Under the pieces are notes generated by a model. It was given only the letters and a program-made list of their open reading frames with translations, made no database searches and was not told the origin of the DNA. DNA of 62,355 nucleotides, the filler included, from Choristocarpus tenellus KU-1152 (Eukaryota > Protista > Phaeophyceae): NCBI GenBank assembly GCA_964200185.2. It is 11 parts of 11 records of this genome, joined end to end, with 100 filler letters (N's around TTAATTAATTAA, not from the genome) between each part and the next. Parts side by side here need not be neighbours in the genome. Positions count along the whole stretch, not along the records: positions 33,122 to 39,567 come from CAXNAD020008127.1; positions 39,668 to 44,707 come from CAXNAD020012079.1; positions 44,808 to 48,023 come from CAXNAD020021470.1; positions 48,124 to 57,860 come from CAXNAD020003443.1; 7 more parts are not named here. The stretch is one strand, 5' to 3'. The position numbers and the translations under genes are program-made. Each line of letters begins with the position of its first letter. The stretch's first letter is position 1. Positions 36,545 through 48,505 of this stretch are shown here, in pieces.

Positions 36545-38029
36545 ATGTTGACAGGTACTTATCAACAAGTAGTGGCAGCTCTCTTGCTACCTGCAACTCC
36601 TTACAGGGCCTCGGCGTGGTCCTTGTGGGGCTCAACTCCCTTCTCCCAGTCGCCTTGGTTGCAGGAGGGTCAGTGTGCTGTAGGCGGGTTTGGAACCAAT
36701 CTAAATTTTCGTTCTCGTAACTCCATCAACAAGACCAATGTGTTGTGGGCAGAGAGAGATGGTGTTGAGATGTCGACCAGAAGGCGGAGTAGGGACAATT
36801 CCAGAAAAAGACGTCAACCTCCGGCTCGGAAGGCTCCCCTTCCTGACCTTCCTTCTCTTCAAGTACTCCTGGGGATCACCGACGAAGAAGCGATGCTACT
36901 CAGATTGGATAAACAAACTGGAATGAGAAAGACCGAGAACTACTGGCACAAGATGCTGGGCCCCCTTCAACCCACGACAGCTGTGAGCTACATGTTCAGT
37001 CACCTTCGTCTGTCCAGGGAGGAGATCAAAGCTTCTGTAATGCGCTACCCGCGCCTCCTCTCACACTCTGCGGCTGCTGCTGGAGATGTAATGGAGTGGT
37101 TGAAGGGCGATGTCGGGATAGACGTGACTGATGCTACCGCTATAATGCGGGACTGGCCCTCAGTGATCGGACTCAGTATTGATAATAACCTGAAGCCGAC
37201 ACTGGAGTGGTTGCGGGACGAGCTGTCGCTTGGGACAGTGCGGTCTAGGCGTGTAATTGCGCGCTGCCCCGAATTGCTAGGGCTTAGCGTAGATGACAAC
37301 CTTGAGCCGAAGGTATGGAAACTCCATCTTCTCTTCGAAATATTGATATCCCTCCCACTAAATTCTTGGCCATTTAATTAAACTGCAGGGAATTGACGAA
37401 AAGAGACCTGAAACTTTGTGATGTTCTGAAACATGCAATGCGGTTTGCTTTTTTCACAACCCAACAGTTTACTGGAGTCTGCCCCACCCCCTCTGGTTGA
37501 CACAGATGCAGTGGCTTGTGAGGGGACTCAAGCTGGGAAGAAAGGGTGCTTCAGATATGATCTACAGGCACCCTCGTCTACTCTTACTGAGCATGGAGGG
37601 CACCCTGGAACCCAAACTGCGCTGGGTGCTTGGCTTAGGGGTGGGCAATCATAAGTCTATCGACATGCTCCGTAGGCATCCCGGGATCTTTGCCTACAGC
37701 ATTGAAGAAAACCTTGAACCTACCCTGGAATGGCTTTCCAGAAACCTCGGAGGGCATGAAAAAGCCATACGCATTATTCAACGAAGTCCATCAATTCTGG
37801 GTAGCAACCCAGGAGAAAACCTAGTCCCCAAGCTTGAGTGGCTCTCACAACGCCTTGAGCTTCCAAAAGAGGATGTGAGCCACCTTGTGGAGAAAAGCCC
37901 TGCTGTTTTGACCCTCAGCATCAAGGGGTCGTTGTTGCCCAAGGTAGTATGGATTTCAGACATGCTGTTGCTGGACAATAAAGGAGCAGGACGCCTTTTT
38001 CTTCGATATCCAGCTCTTCTCAATCTTAG
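36545..38029 (+). CDS. mTERF-family protein, exons 36545-37312 and 37506-38029 (start codon uncertain, 3' exons missing), probably plastid-targeted
   Basis: Tandem repeats of about 36 aa, P-x-(LI)2-x-LS-x3-NL-x-P-(KT)-L-x-WL. Intron AAG|GTATGG...ACAG|ATG is in phase 0. Hydrophobic N-terminus ending ASA-W. Confidence 0.9.
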
Positions 38030-38550
38030 GTGAGTGTTGGGCTAGGTTTTGCATCAGGGTTAGGATATAGGGATAGGAGACTATGGTGAGATTGCTGCTT
38101 TGTGGTACTGGGTTCTCAATTGGATGGTTGGATGAATGATACAGGTTGCCTTTTTTTGAATCTCACTGGGAAGGCTCAGATTACCACAATAATCTATGAG
38201 GGAGAGCAGCAACAATATATCTCTAACTGTAATCGCCTTCACAGAAAACCCAGAAAACACACACACAATAGCCAGTTTACCTCCTTAGAAACTATGCTCT
38301 TAAGCTTTCTGTGTGGTTCCTGAGATAGTACTGGAGCTCTTGCTGCCTACGCCTGCTAATGTACTCTGAAACCCTTGGTAAGTTTTTGGAAGGGAGAACA
38401 AGACACATACCTTGCTATCCATCGACCTGTATGCTTCATTGCCACTTTTTGTTGAGAAACACCTTAGGTCTGAGTTGCTTCTATGTGTTGTGCCTTTTGC
38501 CCCCTGCCAGCTCAGTCTTTGAGCAAACCCTTACAATTATCTGTCACTAT

Positions 38551-38686
38551 TATTTCGCCTGCAATGTATTGTTAGGGTTAGGGTTACCCTGTTTTGCCTT
38601 GAATGTATTGTTAGGGTTAGGGTTACCCTGTTTTGCCTTGAATGTATTGTTAGGGTTAGGGTTAACCTATTTTGCCTGCAATGTAT
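38551..38686. repeat. 39-bp tandem repeat (3.5 copies), each unit holding TTAGGGTTAGGGTTA
   Basis: T(A/G)TTTTGCCT..AATGTATTGTTAGGGTTAGGGTTACCC units. Confidence 0.92.
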
Positions 38687-39364
38687 CATTCTCCTGCTCG
38701 TTGTTGGCTGCAACTACTTGACTCTGTTGTTCCGAACTGTTTGAATTTCTGCCTTCGTTAATGAGAAGGTAGTTAATGATTGTGATAACATCCATACAAA
38801 TATATATAAATATATATTTGTTTTATTCTCCAGCTAACTCCTACTGTTTGTGAGTGAACCCCATTATTTTTTTTTTGGCAGCTTAACGCAAAAGGGAGTG
38901 GATAACATTGGGAGGTTCAAGAGGGGGGAGGGGGTCCTATGGATGATAGTTGGCTAGTTTTGTTAAAGCCTTCTTCTTCCGGAAGCGATAACTGCACTTC
39001 TCTCATTACATTATATCCACGTATCAAGTGACCTGTTTGTTGCTTATGTTTGGGTTTGGTACCATTGTGAGACCGCTGGCTCTCATCTTGAAAACAAGTG
39101 CTCTCCTCTATCACAGATCGGCTATAACATTTTCAACACTTCAATCCTACATCGTTTGCCTTCTTGATATGGAGGAAAAGTAGACCTTGGTAAAGGTCAG
39201 AAGCCAATCTCTAGTTCAGTTCTTAGTGTTAAGTGAGAAAATAGTGAGGGCCCTCTAGATTGCACTTACTCTCTGTAGCTCAAATATACCTTTATGTGTC
39301 ATGGATTTTACCTTTTAGTATTAAAAAAAAAAACCTTTCAGTTTGTCAATAGCTTTCATTAGCT

Positions 39365-39463
39365 GGTTAGGGTTGGGTTGCCCTGGAAGATCGCACAGCG
39401 AGTGATTTTGCAACTTTATCTCCTCACTTTGTGTGATCTTCCAGGGCAACCCAACCCTTACCC
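39365..39463. repeat. Fold-back element with arms of about 33 bp and telomere-like outer ends
   Basis: GGTTAGGGTTGGGTTGCCCTGGAAGATCGCACA ... TGTGTGATCTTCCAGGGCAACCCAACCCTTACCC. Confidence 0.85.
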
Positions 39464-39708
39464 TATAAATATATATTGTTGTTGTATTCCAATTGCACCC
39501 TTTCTGCACAGTGGGTTTGTTTGCTTTTTGTGCATATATATATATATATATATATAATTTCCAAACANNNNNNNNNNNNNNNNNNNNNNNNNNNNNNNNN
39601 NNNNNNNNNNNTTAATTAATTAANNNNNNNNNNNNNNNNNNNNNNNNNNNNNNNNNNNNNNNNNNNNCCCAGATAGATACTTTGGGTCTAGTTTGGGGTG
39701 ATATCAAA

Positions 39709-39967
39709 GGGTTAGAGTGTCTTAGAGGGTAAGAGTTTTGCCTTGTTTGTCCGTTTGGGGCTTGGTTTCCCACGGGGTTTTCATAACATTTTCCCACTCC
39801 GAAACATTTAGGAGTAGCTAAAATGTGTACATTATGAAAAAAATGTGTCCGGAACAGGGATATTGACACTTTCTAAGAAAAATGATGGCCAAAATTGCAT
39901 CAAAATCGCAACATTGGATTTTGGACCCCAAACGGACACGGATCTACCCTCTAAGATGCTTTGACTC
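39709..39967. mobile_element. MITE family A, TSD AAA
   Basis: GGGTTAGAGTGTCTTAGAGGGTA...TACCCTCTAAGATGCTTTGACTC with AAA on both sides. Confidence 0.85.
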
Positions 39968-40195
39968 AAAGTGCTGTATTCGCCTTGTTATAGTCTAAAT
40001 AATGATGCTGTCGCGGGGTTGACAATACTTCAGTATCTATACAACAAATTGTAGACAGTATGTGTGGATGAAATAGATTGTACCTCTACTGGTAAAAATC
40101 TTTTGGAGTAATTCCTCTTACCTCCGATTTCTTTATGTACAGAGATCGGGAACATTCCGAACCTGCCCCAAGAATGGTTAGTTTTTTCAGCCACT

Positions 40196-40402
40196 TCTAC
40201 TACTACTACTACTACTACTACTAATATTGTTACTACTACTATTCCTAAAACTAGTAGTAGTAGTACACTACTACTACTATTACCATTACTATAACTGTTA
40301 CTACTACTACTACTACTACTACTACCTTTCCTATTACTACTATTACTATTACCAATATTATTACTACTACTACCACCACTACTGCTGCTACTACCATTAC
40401 TG
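40196..40402. repeat. Degenerate (CTA/TTA)n trinucleotide tract with a short inverted TAG block
   Basis: Direct inspection. It explains the poly-Y, poly-S and poly-V ORFs. Confidence 0.95.
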
Positions 40403-41974
40403 TTACTATTACTACTACTACTAGAATTCGCCAAATTGTCACAAAACTCGTTTCTACTACCTCCACTACATCCTATGTATACATACCTTGATGTATTATG
40501 TTTACCAACATTCATGAGAAGGATGAAAAGTAGGTAGGTTTAACTATTCCTGTTATTCATGCAAATTTCTGTTTTAATCACTACTGGCCTTATCAAGTCA
40601 CTTCTCCGCCTACTTGCACTACTTACAGCAAGCCACCACCAAGCAGCTACAACTCTGTGTGGGTATCAAATCCCTAAGTTGGTGCACCTTTTGTTTCAAC
40701 AAGTAATTGTTATTGTGGCAACAAAGTCTCAATACATGTGCATGCATGCCAACCATTCCATTGCTTAGTCCACACAACCTTGAATGTTGCCATCATTTTG
40801 GTTATAGTACAAGAGAAATTCTCACTACTGCGCGCCTCCTTAAATGTATTGCAAATTTTCAGGATCGATATAATTTGAGGCAGTAAGGATTATCGACTAT
40901 CGCTGCAACCAAATGTAGTATACTCTGCTCACCTTCATATTCATATCTAGGGGCCCATTCTGTCTCCTCTACTACTAATGTATGTATCCCTCATCATCAT
41001 CAATAACAATATTTATCTAATTATAACACAAAGTATTAATGGCTTGTCCACAAACAAGTGGGTTCACCATCTCCAAGGGGTCACAATACCATATACCAAC
41101 ACAAAATCGGAGATTTCAATGCATACGGTGAGGTACATGTGTACCTTCCCTGTGCACTTGCCACCTAGTCCATCGAAGTCAAATTTCCTGGGAATATTAT
41201 CTAGCCTCTGCAACTGGGGTTAGAACTCGGGCACTCCTGTGACAGAGTATTTGCAGACAAACCAATAATGAAACCTACTGTACGGGCAAGAATGAAGCGA
41301 GGGCTGTAAAGGCTCGTTTGAGGTAGGTAGTGTCCGTTATTGCACCAGTCGCTCACTCGAGACACGTCATGCATTTCAACCTAGAGACATCAGGCACGAG
41401 GGCAAGAAGGAGTGTGACAGATTCTTGGGATGCTTCCCTAGCTCCTTGCTCACCTTCGTAGCCCAAAGCTACGTTAAAAGCATAGCAATGTACACCTTTC
41501 TTAATAGTGAACAACCATTAAGAGGGCTTCATTGTATTGTTTTTCAATTTGCATATTTTAGGGAGGCACCTTAGCAATGATGTCAACATTTGCATTTAGA
41601 GTAATCCTTGTGAAATATAACTTTATGCCCTCTGGCATTTTACAGATGTGTAAGGGAAAAAAAAAAACTCTATATTGCATTAATTTATTCAAGCCCACAT
41701 CGCCGAGGTGATTGAGAGAGGCTCACAAATGCGGGCTAAACACCAGAGTGAGCTGGAGGATAAACAGGTTGCCTGGCTCCACAACTCCTTGTCCCTCTCT
41801 TCCCATTTCGAATATTTCGTGTGTGTATTCCCATTCCCCACCACCTGGCATGCTCCACCAAGGAACAACTGTCAGTATCTCACTGTAGACTCTGGAGAAG
41901 ATAATGGAGGCAGTAGAGTCAGCTAGGGCCGCTGAGTTATTTGTTGGGGTATGCGAAAATGGATCTCTTCGCCT

Positions 41975-43050
41975 TGAAACACACCAAGTACAGGCACAGA
42001 TGCCCACAAGTTCATGGGGCACAGGCCTATTCTTCATGAGGCACCATCACCATGCAACTTTTGTGAGACCGCTGGTGGCTGCTATCCCCACCCTCCTAGC
42101 CAGGCAACAAGGGCCCCATGGGTAGGTTATCCCGAACCATCCGTCAAGTCCCACAGTCCAGGCCCTAGAATCATCGATCCACACCCTTCTCTCTCATCAA
42201 GAATCCCTTCAGAGGACTTGGCGGGAATTGCTGGACAAGCCTGGGTAGCAAGAATAACAACCCTCACTCCTGTTCCTGAGGTCCTCACGATGGCAGCTCA
42301 TGATACCAGGATCACGAGGAGGGCACAGCACAATTTTACCCGCCTCCTAAGCATGATCCAATTCCACTCCGTTTGAACATGACTGACCAACCTTCCAGAT
42401 GATACAAAGGAACAAGGGAGGGAAAGTCCTTCACTAGCTCTAGCTCGCCACCAGATCCTGTGTGGGCAAGGAGTCAATGCATGGGCCTCCACGCAACCCT
42501 TAGAACTATTGCACCGGATTCCCTCTGTGGAGTCTAGACTTGCCGCCAGCACATCTCTAGGGAGGAAGCCCTATCCAACAGGTGCCTGGTGGCTAGGTGC
42601 AGGTGGCAAAATGTCGATCCCCGATATGCCCACACCTGCCCTGGGATGAGAGAACAAGTATGCCGGTACACGCTGATGGTGAAATGCCTAGGCCGGCTCT
42701 GGAAGGGAATGGGCATCCCTTGTAGTATAGCAGCCCGTTTGCAGTGGACAGAAATTTCCGCGTGGACATTGTGTTCCATTCTAGGGCACTTTCAGACGCT
42801 GGTTCGGTTACGTTCCAAGACAAAGGCTTCCTTCTGAGTGTTGCCCTTGGAGGGGTCAAAGTAGCCTGCCACTTGTCACATTCATCCAGCAGCAATCGTG
42901 TAGCTGCCAAAACCGATCTCAAACGCGCACCCGCTACGAGGGATATTTGACGTTTGAAATTCAAATCTCGGCACCTCTGAGGTGGAGAGTATTGGGCACC
43001 ATGATAAGTAAGAAGAGAGTTTCCTCGATAAGTTGGTCACCCACGAAGGA
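41975..43050 (+). mobile_element. Degenerate CRE-like non-LTR element (post-RT region, zinc finger, RLE)
   Basis: QAQMP...GTGL (QA-x-LP-x3-GG-x-G-like), then CLVARC...AHTC, then KGMGIPC...DRNFRVDIVFH..ALSDAG...DKGFLL. Homologous to 4212-4511. Confidence 0.75.
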
Positions 43051-44024
43051 GCTGTCTGAAAACCCGACCCTTTCAGACTGCGATCGTGGCTTCCCCCCAA
43101 CCCCGCAGTTTCTGATACGCTGTCGTACAGTCGTACACTTTCCTTGAGAATAACTATATCTTTATCTGCTAAGCTGATATCCACCATTGATACATCACAG
43201 GCACCATCTATGAGCCCCTCATCATTACTCTACAGACTTGTGGATTGGAGCTACATACCCCGTTAAGGCAAGCTGTTGAGCATTTGTAACGCTATTATTA
43301 CTTTGTGTTGAACCATTATTAGAAGAGGACATTGTATTATTTGTACTCCTTACTTTCCAACTGTACACATCTTTTTAGGGAGGTGTTTTAGCATTGAAGA
43401 CAATTGGTGTTGATTTTGTACTAGGGTGATAGCAATCTTCCAACTAAGGTATACCTTTAAGGAAACCTTCCTTGAGAAGATACAATTCAACGTCTGTTCC
43501 CTCATATGACATCTTCATTTATTTGCTTGTTGAAGTAAATATCAGGTGGTTTGAGTGGACCTTACATACACCCCTCATTCACTTTTTGCCTGTTCACTCA
43601 TCCCTGAGTGACCTTTTGAGAGATTATTTACCCTCCTGCCTTGTCTCCTCCAATTTCCTTCCTCATATGGGTCTTATCGCTCCCCTATAGTCTGAATAGT
43701 CTCTCTGCCTGTTTCCATCTCTGTTTCACATTATTAGTGGTTAGTAATAAATAGTTTTGGCTTTAGTTTTTTCTTGACACATCTCCAGAAAATCAGAGGG
43801 ATAGGAAAATATAATATAGCAAGGGCTACTGCAAATAGTTGTCGTCAATCCCATCCTCGTATTTTATTTCAATATAATACAAATGAATGTGGTAAAGATC
43901 CACTTCTTGGAGACAGATACCAACTAACGATGAATCATACCCGTACATCGCCGGCATTGTTCTGTTTTCTACGAAGTATAACTTGTGTCTCCACACGACA
44001 CTAAGTGCACCTGCGGAGCTGCAG

Positions 44025-44440
44025 ATCCTACGTGGACGAAATAAATGCCTGGATTGCCGACAGTGCCACTGGAAGTGTGGCTGCTTTGGAACTTTCGGAC
44101 TTTCATTTCGAACAACTCCACATTGAGAGCTCGAATTGCTCGAGGGTTAGAATGAGTCTGGCAGGCGAAAATGGCAATGTAGTAACACCCAACACATCAA
44201 TCTTCTCCTGGAGCATTGACGAGAGAACACTCAATCCTAATGCATACCTAAAGGTGAAAGTTCGGGAGTAGTGGGGAGTATGCTGTAACTGGATATTGTT
44301 GTCTGTGTGGAGGATGGTATCCAACAGTGTGATCGGCAGCAACACACCTGGATGCGTATCTTCTTCTTCAGCAACATGGTGAGAGAATAGCGCACGAGCC
44401 AGAGGGAGCACTTCTTGGCGGTTGCACATATGCTGCACAT
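44025..44440 (+). CDS. Possible exons of an unknown gene (44025-44253, 44372-44440); further candidates at about 41708-41767 and 41889-41948
   Basis: AG/GT-bounded and in phase: SYVDEINAWIADS...WSIDERTLNPNAYLK|QHGERIAHEPEGALLGGCTYAAH. No homology recognised. Confidence 0.3.
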
Positions 44441-44807
44441 GTGTGTTGTGTGTGTTCAAATTAGTATATCTGAGCGGGTGTAGCATGTAGTACTACCACT
44501 ACAGATACTGCCTTTCTGTGCAGTGATGTTGTTTTACCTTGCTCGCGAATTCTGGATTAGTTTGTTAGCCTCGTCATGGCTTTCCATCCACTCCAATCCT
44601 CAATTAGTGCCACACCACTCATTCCATACCACACCACCTTCTCACCATCACATTGGGTCAAAGTATCTGGGGGGGGGGGGGGGGGTTTTGTGGGGGGGGG
44701 CCGTTTGNNNNNNNNNNNNNNNNNNNNNNNNNNNNNNNNNNNNNNNNNNNNTTAATTAATTAANNNNNNNNNNNNNNNNNNNNNNNNNNNNNNNNNNNNN
44801 NNNNNNN

Positions 44808-44876
44808 ACTCAATTCAACAAAGCAATCTCATATAAACAAAATAAGGTACACCTCACTATTGTCCTATTTTGCACA
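44808..44876 (-). mobile_element. Terminal fragment of the TGTGCAAAATAGG LTR family
   Basis: Reverse complement of 7012-7080. Confidence 0.7.
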
Positions 44877-45019
44877 AAGTTACACCATGGGGTCTGAGTT
44901 TCCAGTCATGTCATTCCATCTATAGACATTTAGACTTTCGTTTTCACCTCGATAATATTCACTGTGACACCGGCCTATGGTACTACCCAAGTATCGACAT
45001 ATGCCCTGCTATATCACCC

Positions 45020-45200
45020 ACACAGAGTCCACTCGAGAATGCTTGCCCAGGTACTCCTTGACACAGGTGCAGGTCTCATCTATTTTTGTGAAAATTGCTT
45101 ACCACAGCTCAACATAGCAGTCAAATGTACCATAAATGCAGCAAACCCCAGAGGGTGCAATATTCTACCAATGCTGGTACTAAGATCATGCAAACTTCCA
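45020..45200 (+). mobile_element. Decayed gypsy-type aspartic protease fragment
   Basis: VLLDTGAGLIY catalytic motif followed by INAAN; surrounding frames are broken. Confidence 0.5.
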
Positions 45201-46310
45201 ATAGCGTTTTCCCCAGAGGAAAAAAGTGTGCAATATTGCTTTTAGGATAATGGTGGGGCTGCCGTATAAAAAAAAATTAGGAGCAACATTTTGTAGACAA
45301 CACTAGAGGGAAGTGTTATTTAGAGAAGATCAATGCTCCCAACCATCACCAATGTTACCATGGGTACCCTTTGTCAAGATTCCAAAACTCAGATCGAGCA
45401 GTAACAATGTACCCTTGTCAGACCTTAACAAATGGCAATGTAGTACAAAGGAAAGTTCTAAGATGGATAGTTTTGTCAGACTAGGTAACTAAGCAGAAGA
45501 AATGAACAGCTTTACCTTACTACAGTTGGATGCTATCATGCCTTCTTGTAGGACCTTCACAACCCTAACACAAGATTATGCCCAACAAATGTTCCCACCC
45601 AAGAACAACTCTTGCCCAGAGAGGATGCGTTACGTCTCTTCCCTATAGGTACTAGTGTCAAACATTTTGGAAGGATGAAAGCTGAAGAGACCAGTAGGAC
45701 AGGGTCCAGTTTTTGAGTTCAAGTCACCTCACTGGAGGGTATGGTTGAAGGATGGGGGTAAGGAGGAATTCGGCAGGAGAGAGATGAGTACCTCCTCCAG
45801 AAAACCTCCCAGCAGGTAACAACTGTATGCCTGAAGGACAAGGTGAGGTTCAGGCGGTACATGCTAGAACAAGAGATTAAAGCATTGGAAATCATAGTAA
45901 CTGAAAGGAATGTAAGACAGCAGAAGTTAAATGAAGCTGCCCACATTAGAGCACACAGTATTATACATTGGTTGTATAGGCTGAAGTCCTTGGAAAATAT
46001 AAACACTGAACCCACTACTTTTTATTTTATTTCCCTCTTTTCTATGTTGTAACAACTCTCTGTGAACTTGAATTCATGATTTTTAATTTCATTTTCTTTT
46101 CATAATTGTTACTCTCCTTATTTATTGAGTTTTTTTCTTTTTTTTCCTTTTTCCTTTTTGTGCTTTTATTTTATTTTATTTACTATTCAGTTTCCACTTT
46201 GTTACCCTCATCATCCACACATTATTTTTTATTTTGTTTATCTTTATTTATTAGTAGTACTATTTGTTACTCTCATTGGCCCTTCTTTATTTGTTTGTCT
46301 AATTTTTTGT

Positions 46311-46386
46311 CATTGCCTGTTTTGCAGACTAGCCGCCTTGAGTATGCTATGTGCATGGGGGGCATAGGACAGGCAATAATCAGATG
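46311..46386. repeat. Short inverted-repeat/hairpin module (Helentron/HINE-like end), copy 1
   Basis: ATTGCCTGT...ACAGGCAAT inverted pair around a decayed hairpin, next to a long T-rich tract. Homolog at 47583-47659. Confidence 0.5.
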
Positions 46387-46450
46387 CTGTGTAAGTCATG
46401 AATAAAATGAGTCTAATCCTTGATAGCACTTGCATTTATGTAACCGGGAA

Positions 46451-46785
46451 GATTGGCATGGAAGAGGCACGAATTGTATGCCCAATCAGAGCTATGTATT
46501 TTGTAACATTTGAAGGTCCAGTCAAAAGAAACAAGTGTATACTCGGATTAGGCCAGACAATTCAATGGAGATTGCATTGTGTGACCTTATGGACACCTTG
46601 AAGGGAACATGGATAAATTAATCATATTTGTGATTAGAGTGATTGGAACTGGGGACCCATTCATTTTATGCCATGTCAGAGACATGTATTTTGTAAGTTT
46701 TGAAGGTGTGTTTCAGAATGAGCAAATGTATACTCAGACTAGGCCAGGTGCAATCTGACTCTAATAGTATTCTGTGACCCTTGGG
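46451..46785. repeat. Diverged direct duplication, unit about 190 bp
   Basis: GATTGG...ATGTATTTTGTAA..TTTGAAGGT...TGTATACTC.GA.TAGGCCAG...TGTGACC occurs twice. Confidence 0.7.
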
Positions 46786-46980
46786 AAATTTTCTCAGGTT
46801 CGACAAGGATATTTGTTGACCTGTTTTGGGGCTAGTTGGAGCTATATATTTTTTTAATAAAAGTATATACTCTTATCTGGTCAGATATATATTGATCTTG
46901 ACTGTGCCTTACAAATGTTGAGGATCCGTTCTCAAAGGAAACGAGGGGATTGTTGATCATTGTTGGAATCCATGGTTAAT

Positions 46981-47115
46981 TTGGAACTGGATTCCCCATG
47001 TTGGAAAAAAACTGTCAGAGTTGGAACTGGAGTCCCTAGGTTGGAAAAAACTGGCAGAGTCGGAACTGGAGTCCCTAGGTTGGAAAAAATCTGGCAGAGT
47101 CGGAACTCGAGCCCC
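46981..47115. repeat. Tandem repeat, about 40-bp unit, 3.4 copies
   Basis: GGAACTGGAGTCCCTAGGTTGGAAAAAACTGGCAGAGT units. Confidence 0.9.
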
Positions 47116-47582
47116 TATGTTACCAAAGGGCAATTATGCATGCCACAGCAGCATGATCTAAGGTGATGGATATTTATTATCCAGATAATGATTACTGTCT
47201 GTGGCAAGCAGGAAACAGGAAGCCCCTGCATGGAACATAGGATAGCAGAAGTAGGAACCATGAAGTAACCCACATCAGAACAGATAGCAATTTATGTAAG
47301 ATGTTTTGATTTATTTTTTTTATTGTCATTTTGTGTTTTTGAATATATTTTTTCTGTGTGCATCAGGTACCTGATCCCCCTTATTTCATAGATTTTTTCT
47401 TCCCCCCCTTTTGTTTATTCTTGGATTTTCTTTTTTTTCGTATTTTTTCCATATTTTTCCTATCCCTTGCTTAACTTTTTTTTCTCTCTCGTCTCTTTAT
47501 CCGAACAGGTACCTGATCCCCTTAATTCCTTGTTTTGTTCTATCTTCATTTTTTTTCTCTTTTCTTGTCGCTGATGTTGATG

Positions 47583-47659
47583 TTATTGCCTGTTTTGCAC
47601 ACTAGCAGCCGTCAGTATGCTTCGTGCTTGGGGGGCAAGAGACAGGCAATAATCAGATG
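47583..47659. repeat. Short inverted-repeat/hairpin module (Helentron/HINE-like end), copy 2
   Basis: TTATTGCCTGT...ACAGGCAATAA. Homology with copy 1 stops after CAGATG. Confidence 0.5.
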
Positions 47660-48123
47660 ATACTTGGCACCTTAGGGTAACTGTACTTTAGAAAGAGTAG
47701 ATGCATCCTCTGATTAGGTTAGTTGCAGACAGATTTCTCAAAGAAGATAGGGATGTATGTTTTGGGCCTAGCGGGAGTTAGTTTTTTTTTCTTCTTTCTT
47801 TTTCCTTGCCACAGGATGATCTGAGGTGATTGAAGATATGTATTATCTTCACCGGTGACAATCGACTGTGGTAAGTGTGAAACATGTATTGCTATCTCAC
47901 GTTGGGGGGCATGATATGTTAAAGTATCCCCAAAATCATCAAAGAGCATAAAGGTGATAAACCTGGCGAGATTGCCTGGTGTCTGTAGAGTGATTGATTG
48001 TATCTAGGTGGGGGATGCAAGGCNNNNNNNNNNNNNNNNNNNNNNNNNNNNNNNNNNNNNNNNNNNNTTAATTAATTAANNNNNNNNNNNNNNNNNNNNN
48101 NNNNNNNNNNNNNNNNNNNNNNN

Positions 48124-48273
48124 GTCTACACCAAAGTGTCCATTTGGACCAAAACCAAGAAAAATGCGCTTTCAGTATCCATCCAACGTACGGAACCATA
48201 TCACCCAAAAATCGCGACATGAAAAAATTGGTCCCAATCGGACGGCCGCCACCCCCCCCAGATACTCTGAGCC
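48124..48273. mobile_element. MITE family C, truncated at contig start
   Basis: GTCTACACC...ATCACCCAAAAATCGCGAC...CCCCCAGATACTCTGAGCC. Confidence 0.82.
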
Positions 48274-48505
48274 AATAGTTAATCAAATATCTTCCGATAC
48301 ATGGTTACAGGAAGCAAAAAACAGTCCTTTTTTAACGGGTAGCATCTCAAACTGGTGTCTTGTGAGGTAGTCCTTCAAAGAGGGCTTCACCTGCACTACT
48401 CTAGGTAAACTAACCACACTCCAAACCCTCAAAAAGTAAGGATATTACTAGTGATAGCTACAAAAATATATAATAGTAACACTACGCAGTACCACAACAG
48501 TATTA

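Noticed and set aside
21469-38029. SQD1, lipase and mTERF as a plastid or lipid gene cluster
   Set aside because: They lie on three different contigs joined by artificial linkers, and SQD1 is a pseudogene.
40030-40515. Poly-Ser, poly-Tyr and poly-Val ORFs
   Set aside because: They are translations of a CTA/TTA microsatellite.
46368-46386. AGGCAATAA resembling an 18S rRNA segment
   Set aside because: Only about 9 nt match and there is no flanking rRNA similarity.
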